Assembly (NCBI GenBank): GCA_964627625.1
Contig: CAZVJB010000001.1
Location: 92,736 to 156,735 of the forward strand
Direction of reading: 5' to 3'
Origin: an uncultured Halobacteriales archaeon
GTDB taxonomy: Archaea; Thermoplasmatota; E2; JACPAO01; JAHFTW01
DNA length: 64,000 nt
Shown: in pieces, positions 8,300 to 17,288 of the stretch
How positions within the stretch are numbered: position 1 is the stretch's first letter
How the letters are laid out: every line of letters begins with the position of its first letter
Translations under genes and position numbers: made by a program
The notes under the pieces: model-generated
Told to the model about the DNA's origin: nothing
The model's database searches: none
What the model saw: the letters and a program-made list of their open reading frames with translations, nothing else

Positions 8300-8845
8300 C
8301 TACGGGTTGGAGAAGGCGGCGCCGCACACCTTGTAGTGGAACGTCGCGGTGTACGAAACGGTCGCAGCACCCATGCCGTCAAGGCGCCACGTGAGGTGGA
8401 CTGGCCCGGGCCGCGGGGGATCGTCCTGGGAAACGGATGTGAGGTAGGTCTCGAAAATGTGGCCCGTCTCGTCCCCCGAGGCAAAGACGATTACTGCAGC
8501 CACCTGGGGCACTTGCGGCCGGAAGTCGCGCCAGATCAAGGCAGACCCGTTCGCGTTGGCGGAGCTGAGGCGTACATCACCTCCGGAATGTTCGAGGCTG
8601 TCGATGCGGACGCGCACCATGTCAAATGGCAGGCTCCGCTTTTGCATCTCGCCTGGGGCAAGAATCTGGGTCGCGTCCCGAACCGTCGCGTTGAGCACGA
8701 CCGTCCCGGCCTGCTGCAGGTCACCGGCCTCCCATTGCGGGCACAGGCCGAACAGGGGATTTGCCGGTGGCGCCTCCTCCGCAATGCAACCCGACAGCGA
8801 CAGGATGACGAGGGCAGCCATGGCCACGAGGACGGCGAACCGCAC
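8300..8845 (-). CDS. lipobox lipoprotein, paralog of 7627-8247
   Basis: MRFAVLVAMAALVILSLSGCIA lipobox. CPQW near the N-terminus and YKVC near the C-terminus. Confidence 0.7.
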   Translation of the reverse strand: MRFAVLVAMAALVILSLSGCIAEEAPPANPLFGLCPQWEAGDLQQAGTVVLNATVRDATQILAPGEMQKRSLPFDMVRVRIDSLEHSGGDVRLSSANANGSALIWRDFRPQVPQVAAVIVFASGDETGHIFETYLTSVSQDDPPRPGPVHLTWRLDGMGAATVSYTATFHYKVCGAAFSNP

Positions 8846-8892
8846 AGGGATGCGACAGGTCCGCCCTGCAAAGCCGTTGTGGCTCGTACAGG

Positions 8893-8898
8893 CTTAAG
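8893..8898 (+). promoter_or_regulatory. TATA-like CTTAAG box upstream of purP
   Basis: cttaag centred about 27 nt upstream of ATG 8923. Confidence 0.4.
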
Positions 8899-8922
8899 CC
8901 GGCCGGCACGGTCGGAGGTACG

Positions 8923-10089
8923 ATGATGGACAGGCGTCGCATGCAGGAGACGGCCGAAGGATACGACGCCAAGGCGCTGGCCCTGTCCTGCGTCGCGAGC
9001 CACTCGGGCCTCGACGTGTACGATGGTGCCGCGGACGAGGGCTTCACCTCGATCGCTGTTGCGCAAAAGGGGCGCCACGAGGTCTACGCCCGTTACTTCA
9101 AGACCATGCGTGACGGCAAAGGCCGGCGGCTGCGCGGCTGCGTCGACGAGACTTGGACCTACCCGAAGTACGACGGAATCATGGCGCCCAAGCAGCAGGA
9201 AAAACTCCGCGGCCGCAATGCCTTCTGGGTCCCGAATCGTGCTTGGACCAGTTACTGCAAAATGGACGCCGTCGAGGACGAGTTTTCCGTCCCGATTTTG
9301 GGTTCGCGCAGCATGTTGCGCTCGGAGACCCGCGGCGAGAAACGCGACTATTACTGGCTTCTCAAAAAGGGCGGCCTACCGTTTCCGAAACGCATCAACG
9401 AGCCGGCCGACATCGATCGACTCGCAATTGTCAAACTGCACCATGCGAAGAAGAAATTGGAGCGCGGTTTCTTTACGTGCGCAAGCCCGAAGGAGTTCAA
9501 TGCCAAGGCCACGACGCTGCTCAAGCAGGGCGTTATCGACAAGGATTCGCTAGCCACCGCGCATATCGAAGAGTACGTCATCGGCCCCGTCTTCAACCTG
9601 AACTTCTTTTACAGCCCCGTATCGAAGAAGCTGCGCGACGCAGAACCGCTCGAACTTCTCGGAATCGATTGGCGGTTTGAATCAAGCCTCGACGGCCACG
9701 TCCGCATTCCGGCCCCCCAGCAGATGACGCTGCCGCCCAGCCAACTTGTGCCCGAAATGACGGTTGTCGGCCACAACACGGCCACGGTTCGCGAGTCTTT
9801 GCTTGGCAAAGTCTTCGAGCTCGGCGAAAAATGGGTCAAAGCCGCGCGCGAGCATTACAACCCCGGAATCATCGGACCGTTCTGCCTTCAGACCTGCGTG
9901 GATAAGGACATGAATTTCCACATTTACGATGTAGCCCCGAGAATTGGTGGGGGGACGAATGTGCATGTCGCGACTGGCCACCCGTATGGCAACGCGTTGT
10001 GGCGGACCAACATGAGCACCGGCCGACGCGTGGCTCTGGAAGTCAAACGCGCGGTCGAAGCCGACATGCTGGGAGGGATTGTCACATGA
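8923..10089 (+). CDS. purP: 5-formaminoimidazole-4-carboxamide ribonucleotide (FAICAR) synthetase PurP
   Basis: SHSGLDV..GA..EGF, GIDWRFESSLDG, TVRESLL, IIGPFCLQ and a GGTN-type motif are typical of archaeal PurP. Confidence 0.85.
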   Translation: MMDRRRMQETAEGYDAKALALSCVASHSGLDVYDGAADEGFTSIAVAQKGRHEVYARYFKTMRDGKGRRLRGCVDETWTYPKYDGIMAPKQQEKLRGRNAFWVPNRAWTSYCKMDAVEDEFSVPILGSRSMLRSETRGEKRDYYWLLKKGGLPFPKRINEPADIDRLAIVKLHHAKKKLERGFFTCASPKEFNAKATTLLKQGVIDKDSLATAHIEEYVIGPVFNLNFFYSPVSKKLRDAEPLELLGIDWRFESSLDGHVRIPAPQQMTLPPSQLVPEMTVVGHNTATVRESLLGKVFELGEKWVKAAREHYNPGIIGPFCLQTCVDKDMNFHIYDVAPRIGGGTNVHVATGHPYGNALWRTNMSTGRRVALEVKRAVEADMLGGIVT

Positions 10090-10141
10090 CGCTGGTCAAC
10101 CAAACCGCCAAGGAATCCCCCGTTGGTCGGGATGCAATGAC

Positions 10142-10618
10142 ATGAAGTCTTTGCTCGATGGGCTCACGCCATGCGTCCTTGAATCAGCCCGCTACCAAGT
10201 CGAACTCCTGCTCGTCGTCGCGCAACTTCACAAGGGGAAACCGGAACCGCGGACCCTGAGCAGGAACGAAGTCGATGCGCTAGAGCCGGCGGAGCGCATT
10301 CGTTACGAGCTTCGGACAGAAACGGTTCCGACCTATGTCGACGCGGCGTCTCCACGCGCCGTCGTCCGCTTCAGACACGTCATAGCGTGGCAAGTCGTTG
10401 ATGAATCCTTCACGGTGCTTGAGAAGGACGCACAACGCGACAGCATGGATGTCATCCGGGTCATCGGCAAGTCACGTTATCTCGACTACCTTGTGGCGAA
10501 CCATGGGTGGTATGACTTCATGAGACAGCCGGCGAAGTTGTACGAAGTGGTCACCCTCAGCGAAATAATCTTCGTTCTATCATCCGAGCCGCCCGAGGTT
10601 GAGCGCCTGCCATCGTGA
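10142..10618 (+). CDS. hypothetical protein (G/C third-position bias weaker than neighbours)
   Basis: 159-codon ORF with no motif I recognise. Codon third positions are visibly less G/C-rich than in neighbouring genes. Confidence 0.5.
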   Translation: MKSLLDGLTPCVLESARYQVELLLVVAQLHKGKPEPRTLSRNEVDALEPAERIRYELRTETVPTYVDAASPRAVVRFRHVIAWQVVDESFTVLEKDAQRDSMDVIRVIGKSRYLDYLVANHGWYDFMRQPAKLYEVVTLSEIIFVLSSEPPEVERLPS

Positions 10619-10623
10619 CCTAA

Positions 10624-10953
10624 ATGCAAGCCGAAAGCGCGCGACTCGACAACCTGTTTGCAGGCCCTGAATTTCCCAGCGGGTTCGCGTACCCGGCGGC
10701 CTTCTTGGCGCTCGTGAAGAACGCCACCAGCAACCTTGCTCCTTGGCACGTGGGCGGTGGCGCCGAGATGCGCGAACTGCGGGCGGGATTGAGGCAGCGC
10801 TATCCAAGCCGCGACTACCTGCCCTTTGCCTATCGCCAAGACAACGAGGGGCGCGCCTGCTGGGACCTTGCAGACGGCTTGATTGTCCATGTCCATGATT
10901 CGGCGGCGCCGGGACGGGAGAGACGGGCCGAGTTCGAGTTTTTCGAGGATTGA
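10624..10953 (+). CDS. SMI1/KNR4 (SUKH)-like immunity-type protein
   Basis: FPSGFAYPAAFLALVKN ... YLPFAYRQDNEGRACWDLADGLIVHVHD resembles the SUKH pattern (lP.dy..fl ... PFa.dg.Gd..cfd). Confidence 0.55.
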   Translation: MQAESARLDNLFAGPEFPSGFAYPAAFLALVKNATSNLAPWHVGGGAEMRELRAGLRQRYPSRDYLPFAYRQDNEGRACWDLADGLIVHVHDSAAPGRERRAEFEFFED

Positions 10954-11081
10954 CTTGAGGACGCGTTGCAGGACCTCCTGGAATCCCTGCCGACCGGATG
11001 ATCCTGGCCCCGAAAGTGAAACCACACAGGCCCTGGTGTGGGCGTTACCATCCACAAACCTCAATGCTATGTGTATCCCAT

Positions 11082-11342
11082 ATGGAACCCCATAACATGC
11101 CGCTCACGACAATCCAACTCGAGTCGCGGACCCGACGAAAATTGGCCGGCCTCAAGGCGCACCGCCGAGAATCCTACGATGAGTTGCTGAACAAGCTCAT
11201 GCAATTGATCCCGGAAGGCGATGATGAAGGCAAGTTCACCCCGGAGTTCCGCGCCCGCCTGCTCCAAGCGCGCATCGAAAGCATCGAAGGAAAATCCATC
11301 CCCCACGCCAAGGCCATGCGCCTCGTGGGGTTGGAATCTTGA
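11082..11342 (+). CDS. antitoxin (RelB/VapB DUF217-like)
   Basis: TIQLESRTRRKLAGLKAHRRESYDELLNKL matches the archaeal antitoxin pattern. 4-nt overlap with the RelE gene. Alternative start at 11097. Confidence 0.65.
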   Translation: MEPHNMPLTTIQLESRTRRKLAGLKAHRRESYDELLNKLMQLIPEGDDEGKFTPEFRARLLQARIESIEGKSIPHAKAMRLVGLES

Positions 11343-11593
11343 CCTGGACACTCACCTGGTCGGAGGCGGCCCTACGAGACCTCAAACGCTTGGACAGGCC
11401 CATCCAGCTTCGAGTCAAGGCGAAACTCGAGGCCGTCATGGACAATCCGGTGCGCTTCTTTTCTCAGCTCCAGGGAGACGAAATGCTGTGGAAAATCCGC
11501 GTGGGCGACCACCGATTGATTGCCCTTGTCGTTATCCGGGAGCATGCCGTCGACGTCCAGGCGATTGAGCACCGCTCTGTGGCCTACCGATGA
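11339..11593 (+). CDS. relE: RelE/ParE-family toxin
   Basis: LRDLKRLD ... WKIRVGDHRLIALVVIREHAVDVQAIEHRSVAY is a typical RelE/StbE signature. TTG start. Confidence 0.8.
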   Translation: MTWTLTWSEAALRDLKRLDRPIQLRVKAKLEAVMDNPVRFFSQLQGDEMLWKIRVGDHRLIALVVIREHAVDVQAIEHRSVAYR

Positions 11594-11789
11594 CCGGACC
11601 CGCGGCTAGGCTTTGCTTTCTTTCAAGTGCCACGTCAGCGCGTCCATCGTCGTTCTGAGGTTCTTCTTCATCTTGGGCTTCATGAACGGCGTTATGAGCT
11701 TCATCTCATCGTGTGGTTCCGTCACAATCTGCTAGGCCTTGTGCGCCGGCATCGCTCAGGATGCCACGTCGCGTGCCCTGACCCCACGC

Positions 11790-11796
11790 AATAAAT
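11790..11796 (+). promoter_or_regulatory. TATA-like box
   Basis: aataaat centred about 28 nt upstream of ATG 11821. Confidence 0.45.
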
Positions 11797-11820
11797 CCGA
11801 CCTCGGGATAGCAGCGCTCC

Positions 11821-12495
11821 ATGCGAGTCGGAATTCTCGGCAGCGGCGGCGTAGCACAAAACCTGGCGCACGGCTTCGTGGAATTGGGCCACGACGTAGT
11901 GGTCGGGACACGGGATCCCAAGGCAACCCTTGCAAAATCTAGTCCTGACGCAATGGGCACGCCCCCTCTGTCGGCCTGGCTCATGCAACACCCGAAGGTC
12001 AGGGTGACCACGATGGCCGAGGCGGCGGCCCACGGCGAAGTCCTGGTTCTGGCCGTGCACGGCGCCAACGTCGAAGACGCGGTCAAGGCGGCGCAGCCAA
12101 ACAATCTCGCAGGAAAACTTGTCCTCGACACGACCAATCCGCTCGCGTTTGGCCCAAACGGCGCACACTTGCCGCCGAACATCAAGGACTCCTGCCTGCA
12201 GACCGCGCAGCGCGCTGCGCCGCAGGCCAACTTCGTCAAGGCCTGGAACTGTACGCCCGGCATGTCCATGGTGAGCCCAAAGCAGCCCGGCGGCGGCGAC
12301 CAATTCATCTGCGGCAACGACGCAAAAGCGAAGGAACACGCGACCAAAATCCTGCAGGAATTCGGATGGGGTGTTGCCGACGTCGGTGATGCGACGATGG
12401 CACCGTACGTCGAAGGAATGGCTCTTGCCGCAATCAACTGGGCGGCCAAGACCAACGACTGGGGTTGGGTCATCAAGGCCAACGGCCGCAAGTGA
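11821..12495 (+). CDS. NADP oxidoreductase, coenzyme F420-dependent family (NpdG-like)
   Basis: MRVGILGSGGVAQNLAHGFVELGHDVVVGTRDP Rossmann N-terminus. Family-typical length. Confidence 0.7.
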   Translation: MRVGILGSGGVAQNLAHGFVELGHDVVVGTRDPKATLAKSSPDAMGTPPLSAWLMQHPKVRVTTMAEAAAHGEVLVLAVHGANVEDAVKAAQPNNLAGKLVLDTTNPLAFGPNGAHLPPNIKDSCLQTAQRAAPQANFVKAWNCTPGMSMVSPKQPGGGDQFICGNDAKAKEHATKILQEFGWGVADVGDATMAPYVEGMALAAINWAAKTNDWGWVIKANGRK

Positions 12496-12537
12496 CTCGG
12501 CGTAAGGGCCAAAAAGCGCGGCCTCAGTGCCCTCCCT

Positions 12538-13893
12538 ATGCGCCTGATTGCCCTCGTCGCTTTCGTCATGCTTGCCGCTGGCTGCGCGGCACCTGAACTT
12601 TCCCAAACATCGGCGAGCACGACGCAATCAACCAGCACGAACGCCTCGGCAAATCCAGTCCTCGGGACGCTCTGGCTGCACGCCGATGGCCAGCGCACCT
12701 GGATGGACCAGAACGCTGGCGGCGGCACTGTCGATACGCCCATGGCAAGTTTGGCAATGCAAGCCGCAACCCTTCTCTTCCCGCTGACTCCGGCTCCAAC
12801 AATGACGTTTGCGACCTCGGGGGTTGCCTACGTCCACATCGCGTCGGCATCGCCCAGCTCCGTTGGCCCTGCAACCATCAAGGTCACACTCCTGATTGCG
12901 GGTCAGCCGTTTGCTACTTCAACGCAGCAAGGACAGATGACCGACCATGTTCTTGCCGCGCCGACCAGCATCGTTGCGGGTCAGGTCGTGGCCATCGAGG
13001 TTTGCCTCTGTGACGCAGCGGCCCAAACGTACGTGCTGGACACGACGGGCATGTCCACGGCGACGATTCCTGGCCCGTCTGGGCCACCGACCGCGACACC
13101 TACTGGCGCCTTGCCGGCCGGCCCGGCAACCACGCGCCCAGAAGGCGATGGCTGGATTGCCGAACGCACGGATACGGCGGCCGTCCAAGTTCCAAGCGGC
13201 AAGGGCAAGGTGCGACTCGTCAGCGTGAACGGAAACGTTGTGCAGGCGACCGGGACGCCGGGATTCGAGGCGCATTTGTCCGCTCGCGGCGCTACCGAGC
13301 AAGAGGCGCGTGACCGGCTTAGCACCCTGTACGTGTCATTCCGTCTTGACACGTCAAATGGCCTCGACCTCGACGCCGAGGTCAAGACCACGGACGCATC
13401 GGCAAATTCCTGGTCCAACAAGGGCGGCGACCTCGAACTGATGCTTCCCAGTGACCTCGTGTTGGCGACGGCAACGCTGGAATCCACGAACGGTGACATC
13501 GCGTCGCAGGACTTGGCAGTCGACGTCCTATCCATGACAACCACGAATGGTGATATTGACGGGATGGGAATGTTCTCGTCATGGACCGGACGGACGACAA
13601 ATGGCGCCATTACAGGGGAGACCGAACTGCCGGCCGCCACCGGGACGTTTGAACTTTCATCAACCAACGGCGACATCGATGTGCTGGTGGCACAGGATGC
13701 TAGCCACGGGGTTGACGCGACGGCGGGCACGACCAACGGCGAAGCGACGCTAGATTTCGCTAACAGCGAGCCCGTCGGATCCCAATCCGCCACGTCGGCC
13801 CATGTACGCACAATCGGCTACGACGGCAAGGCGGTCCGTACGGTAATCAACATGTCAAGCACGAACGGCGACGTCGCCGGTGCGGATTCTTAG
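12538..13893 (+). CDS. lipoprotein with DUF4097-like (TNGD repeat) C-terminal domain
   Basis: FVMLAAGCAA lipobox. Repeated STNGDI/TTNGDI/TTNGAI/TTNGEA/STNGDV strands. Confidence 0.6.
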   Translation: MRLIALVAFVMLAAGCAAPELSQTSASTTQSTSTNASANPVLGTLWLHADGQRTWMDQNAGGGTVDTPMASLAMQAATLLFPLTPAPTMTFATSGVAYVHIASASPSSVGPATIKVTLLIAGQPFATSTQQGQMTDHVLAAPTSIVAGQVVAIEVCLCDAAAQTYVLDTTGMSTATIPGPSGPPTATPTGALPAGPATTRPEGDGWIAERTDTAAVQVPSGKGKVRLVSVNGNVVQATGTPGFEAHLSARGATEQEARDRLSTLYVSFRLDTSNGLDLDAEVKTTDASANSWSNKGGDLELMLPSDLVLATATLESTNGDIASQDLAVDVLSMTTTNGDIDGMGMFSSWTGRTTNGAITGETELPAATGTFELSSTNGDIDVLVAQDASHGVDATAGTTNGEATLDFANSEPVGSQSATSAHVRTIGYDGKAVRTVINMSSTNGDVAGADS

Positions 13894-14747
13894 GCCTGCG
13901 CTGGAATCTGCCCGAAGCGACCCGCTTGGAAGTCCTGCACGGCCTGCAGGATTTCTTCGCGATTCGTCATGACGAACGGGCCGTATTGGAAAACGGGTTC
14001 GCCAAGCGGAACGCCGGACACAAGAAGCAGCACCAGCCCGTCGGGTCCTGCCGTGACATCGAGATCGCCCGAGCCGCCTAGGATGCCCATGTGACGCGCC
14101 GCGAGGGTCTTGCCTCCGACCGTCCCGGAGCCCGTCGGCGCGTAGACGAAGCCTTGGTGGCCCGCGGGGACTGGAAGCGTCACCGTTGCGCCTGCATCGA
14201 GTTGGGCGTGCAAATACTGGATTGGCGTCCGCGTGTCAATGACGGCCGACTTGCCGCCGAATTGTCCCGCGATGATGCGAACCTTGCCATTGGGCAGCAC
14301 GACTTCTGGAATGCTTGCGGCCGGCATCTCCTGGTAGCGTGGCCGCATCATCTTGTCGCGCTTGGGTAGGTTGACCCACAACTGGAATCCGTGCATCGGT
14401 CCGCCCCTCTCTCGCAGCGCCTTGGCTGGCATCTCAGAATGCACGACGCCGGCGCCAGCGGTCATCCATTGCACGTCCCCCGGCCCGATGCGCCCGGCGT
14501 GGCCATGCGAATCGCGGTGCTCCAGTTCCCCCGCAAGGACATAGGTCACGGTCTCGAAGCCGCGGTGCGGGTGGTCGGGGAATCCCGCATTTGAGCCCGG
14601 CGATACTTGGTGCGGGCCCATCTCGTCGAAAAGCAGAAACGGGTCCAGGCGACCGATGGCCTGACTTGGAAAGGAGCGGCGCACGAGCATTCCGTCCCCT
14701 TCGGGAGTTTCGACCCCGGCAACGACGCGGGAGAGAGTGGTCTGCAC
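13890..14747 (-). CDS. pirin family protein
   Basis: FPDHPHRGFETVTYVLAGELEHRDSHG...VQWMTAGAGVVHSE. GTG start inferred (track start 14936 would overlap the upstream gene). Confidence 0.85.
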   Translation of the reverse strand: MQTTLSRVVAGVETPEGDGMLVRRSFPSQAIGRLDPFLLFDEMGPHQVSPGSNAGFPDHPHRGFETVTYVLAGELEHRDSHGHAGRIGPGDVQWMTAGAGVVHSEMPAKALRERGGPMHGFQLWVNLPKRDKMMRPRYQEMPAASIPEVVLPNGKVRIIAGQFGGKSAVIDTRTPIQYLHAQLDAGATVTLPVPAGHQGFVYAPTGSGTVGGKTLAARHMGILGGSGDLDVTAGPDGLVLLLVSGVPLGEPVFQYGPFVMTNREEILQAVQDFQAGRFGQIPAQA

Positions 14748-14796
14748 AGGTTTGCCACGCGCCTCGGCATCAAAAAGCGGCGCAAGTGGGCGAACG

Positions 14797-15696
14797 TCAG
14801 GTTGGCGGGCCGAACAGGTCCGACATGTCGGCGTCGGGATCAGCCAGGCTGCACGTTCCAACTGAGAACGGCAAGTCATCCATGGCTTGGCCAAGCGCCT
14901 CTTCGCTAATCGCATGTGCGCGCCACGCAAGTTCACTGTCGAAGGCGAAGGCGTCCGCGGCCGTTTCGTTGAGGCAGGCTAAAATCGCTGCTTCGTCAAA
15001 GTCCGGGCCGAGGACTTGGTGGAGCCGCAGTGTCGCGGCCAGGTTGACAAAGCCCAACGGATTTTGGTGCTCGGGCACGAGGATTGGGTGGTGCAGGCCG
15101 GCCGTCGCCTTGAGCGGGACCTTGTTTGCGGCGACTTGCACGACCAGCGGGGCGAGGCTTTCGTTGGAGATGGCAAGCGGTCCAGCGCCGCGGACCTTCA
15201 GACCGACTGGCGCCCCGGCTTCCCGGAGGCGCCCCAACATGGCAACGAGTGCGGCCCCCGAGGCGGCCCAACTCCGGTCGGGGATTTGCGGTTCAACGAA
15301 GAGGCGGACATCACGTAGGGAATCCGCCGCCGCTTGCAATTGCGGGCCGGCAAAACTCTTTCCGTGGATTTCCAAGGATACGATGCGCGCGACGCCCGCG
15401 TTTTTGTCGTTGAATTTTTGGACGCGAGGAATGGTCCTCTTGAGCGCGGCTTCGTCGATGCCGACCAATGCAATGGAACATTGGGTGTCGCCGAACCCTG
15501 CCACATCGAGCGCCTTGGGAGTGACAAAGCGTAGGTCGGGGCTCGCCACCACGATGTCGATGCCAAGGATGCCGGGTCGCGAGAGGAGGGGAGCGCGTGC
15601 CGACTCGGCAAGCGCCTGCTTGAATGGCAGAGACGCTGGCGGAAACGTGCCGGCGTAGTCGAAAAGGCGCGCGGTCAGAAGGTCAAGGGCGTTCAT
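14797..15696 (-). CDS. conserved-looking hypothetical protein
   Basis: 299-aa ORF with strong G/C third-position bias, lying between the FAH and pirin genes. No motif recognised. Confidence 0.6.
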   Translation of the reverse strand: MNALDLLTARLFDYAGTFPPASLPFKQALAESARAPLLSRPGILGIDIVVASPDLRFVTPKALDVAGFGDTQCSIALVGIDEAALKRTIPRVQKFNDKNAGVARIVSLEIHGKSFAGPQLQAAADSLRDVRLFVEPQIPDRSWAASGAALVAMLGRLREAGAPVGLKVRGAGPLAISNESLAPLVVQVAANKVPLKATAGLHHPILVPEHQNPLGFVNLAATLRLHQVLGPDFDEAAILACLNETAADAFAFDSELAWRAHAISEEALGQAMDDLPFSVGTCSLADPDADMSDLFGPPT

Positions 15697-15763
15697 GCCG
15701 CATCAGGTCCCGCTCCAGCACCGGGGCCGCTAGCCAATACGCTTTCTATTCATGGCGGACGAC

Positions 15764-16756
15764 TCAATGACCGGTCGTTGCGGCTGGGGCGACCTTTTGG
15801 TCGATGGCCCCGAAGACTGACTGGCCGCCGCTTAGGACCTCGATGCGTACCCTGTCGCCGTAGCGCAGAAACGGCGTTGCGGGCGTGCCGGTTGCGATGG
15901 TTTCGCGTGTTCGCACTTCGGCCAGGCAGGCAGCACCGCGGGCCGGGTCTTCGTTCGACACCGTGCCTGAGCCTAGAATTGTGCCGGCCGGCAGGGGCCG
16001 CGTCTTGGCGGCGTGCTCGATGAGATCGAAAAACGAGAAGTGCATTGCCGAGCAATCCGGGTTGCCGAGTCGGGCGCCGTTGACGTCGACGACGATGTCC
16101 AGATGCAGGCGTCCGTCGTGCCACGCGTGGCCAAGTTCGTCAGGGGTCACGGCGTACGGTCCGAGGCTAGAGGGCGGCTTGCCGTGAAAGAATCCGAAAC
16201 CGGCGGCAAGTTCGCGGGGAATGAGATTGCGCAGGCTGACGTCGTTCATGAGAACGAGCAGTTTGACGTGTTTTGCGGCCTGCGCGGCGGTGGTTCCAAT
16301 TGGTGTGTCGTCGAGAACGACGGCGACTTCGGCCTCCAAGTCGATGCCGTCCGCTTCCGAACGGGCTTGGATGTCATGGTTGGGGCCGTGGATTGGATCG
16401 CCGACGCCTTGGTACATGAGCGGAACCGTCCGCAGGTCGGCTGGCGGCTCGGCGTTACGGGCTTTGCGCACCAGGAGAATGTGCTGAATGTAGGCGGAGC
16501 CGTCGAGCCAGGATGTCGTGCGCGGCAGGGGGGCCATGAAGGTGCAGCCGGCCAGCGGCCGTTGCTCTGGCCAGCGGTTGTCGCGCAGCTGCCGGTCAAT
16601 GCGGCGCAATTCTGGTTCGACTCGGCTCCAATCCTCCAAGGCCATGCGCAGATTCGCCGCGACGTTGGCCGGAACCTTTGCGACGCGGCCGCCTCGGTCG
16701 TCCACCACGCACAGACGTCCATCACGAGAACCGTCCGGGATGGTCGCAAGCTTCAC
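15764..16756 (-). CDS. fumarylacetoacetate hydrolase (FAH) family protein
   Basis: N-terminal MKLATIPDGSRDGRLCVV plus a C-terminal FAH fold pattern (GTGTP...GD.v.iev). Confidence 0.8.
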   Translation of the reverse strand: MKLATIPDGSRDGRLCVVDDRGGRVAKVPANVAANLRMALEDWSRVEPELRRIDRQLRDNRWPEQRPLAGCTFMAPLPRTTSWLDGSAYIQHILLVRKARNAEPPADLRTVPLMYQGVGDPIHGPNHDIQARSEADGIDLEAEVAVVLDDTPIGTTAAQAAKHVKLLVLMNDVSLRNLIPRELAAGFGFFHGKPPSSLGPYAVTPDELGHAWHDGRLHLDIVVDVNGARLGNPDCSAMHFSFFDLIEHAAKTRPLPAGTILGSGTVSNEDPARGAACLAEVRTRETIATGTPATPFLRYGDRVRIEVLSGGQSVFGAIDQKVAPAATTGH

Positions 16757-16842
16757 GCGCGTCCCAGCGACCGGCTCAAGATAACGCTGGCGACGGACAG
16801 CCTCAAGACCAACGTGGGCGTGGCCGCGCCGTGAAAGGGTTC

Positions 16843-17265
16843 ATGCGCACGCTACAGGTCGATGCTCCGGCGACGAAGGTGTTCGACGCCCTGACGGACA
16901 TCGACAACGCACCCAAATGGATGCCCAACATCCAGAAAATAGAGTGGCGCAAGGGCGACAAGGTCGCGCTCGGCGCCGTATGGAAGGAGACGCGCGTCGA
17001 GGGCAAGCGGACCGTGACGGCCGACATTGAAGTCAAGCAACTGGTGCCCAACAAGAAGCTCGACCTCCACGTGACTGCGGGCGCGTTCGAAATGGACTTG
17101 GTCTTCCGCCTCACGGCGCGCGGCAAAGCGACGACGTTGGACTACGACTGCCACGGGCACGGCAAGGGGCTCATGGGTCTAATGACCGGGATAATCATGA
17201 AGCACGTCGAGAAAAATGACGATGATTTCCTGCGCCGCTTCAAGGCCCACGTCGAGGAGAAGTAG
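16843..17265 (+). CDS. SRPBCC (polyketide cyclase/dehydrase-like) family protein
   Basis: VDAPATKVFDALTDIDNAPKWMPNIQKIEW is a typical N-terminal motif. Confidence 0.7.
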   Translation: MRTLQVDAPATKVFDALTDIDNAPKWMPNIQKIEWRKGDKVALGAVWKETRVEGKRTVTADIEVKQLVPNKKLDLHVTAGAFEMDLVFRLTARGKATTLDYDCHGHGKGLMGLMTGIIMKHVEKNDDDFLRRFKAHVEEK

Positions 17266-17288
17266 GGTCAGCCGCCACGGGAGGCTTC

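Noticed and set aside
11606-11704. 32-codon Lys-rich ORF (MKLITPFMKPKMKKNLRTTMDALTWHLKESKA) on the - strand in the relE/oxidoreductase spacer.
   Set aside because: It is too short to evaluate. I see no clear promoter or Shine-Dalgarno sequence, and I have no conservation information. Mentioned only for follow-up by ribosome profiling.
11706-12743. ORFs of 345 aa and 301 aa on the - strand.
   Set aside because: They are antisense to the Rossmann-fold F420-type oxidoreductase, whose N-terminus (GILGSGGVA) is unambiguous.
14591-15658. 355-aa ORF on the + strand.
   Set aside because: It is antisense to the 299-aa gene and the pirin 5' region. It is Ser/Arg/Ala-rich, with poorer third-position bias than the - strand frame.
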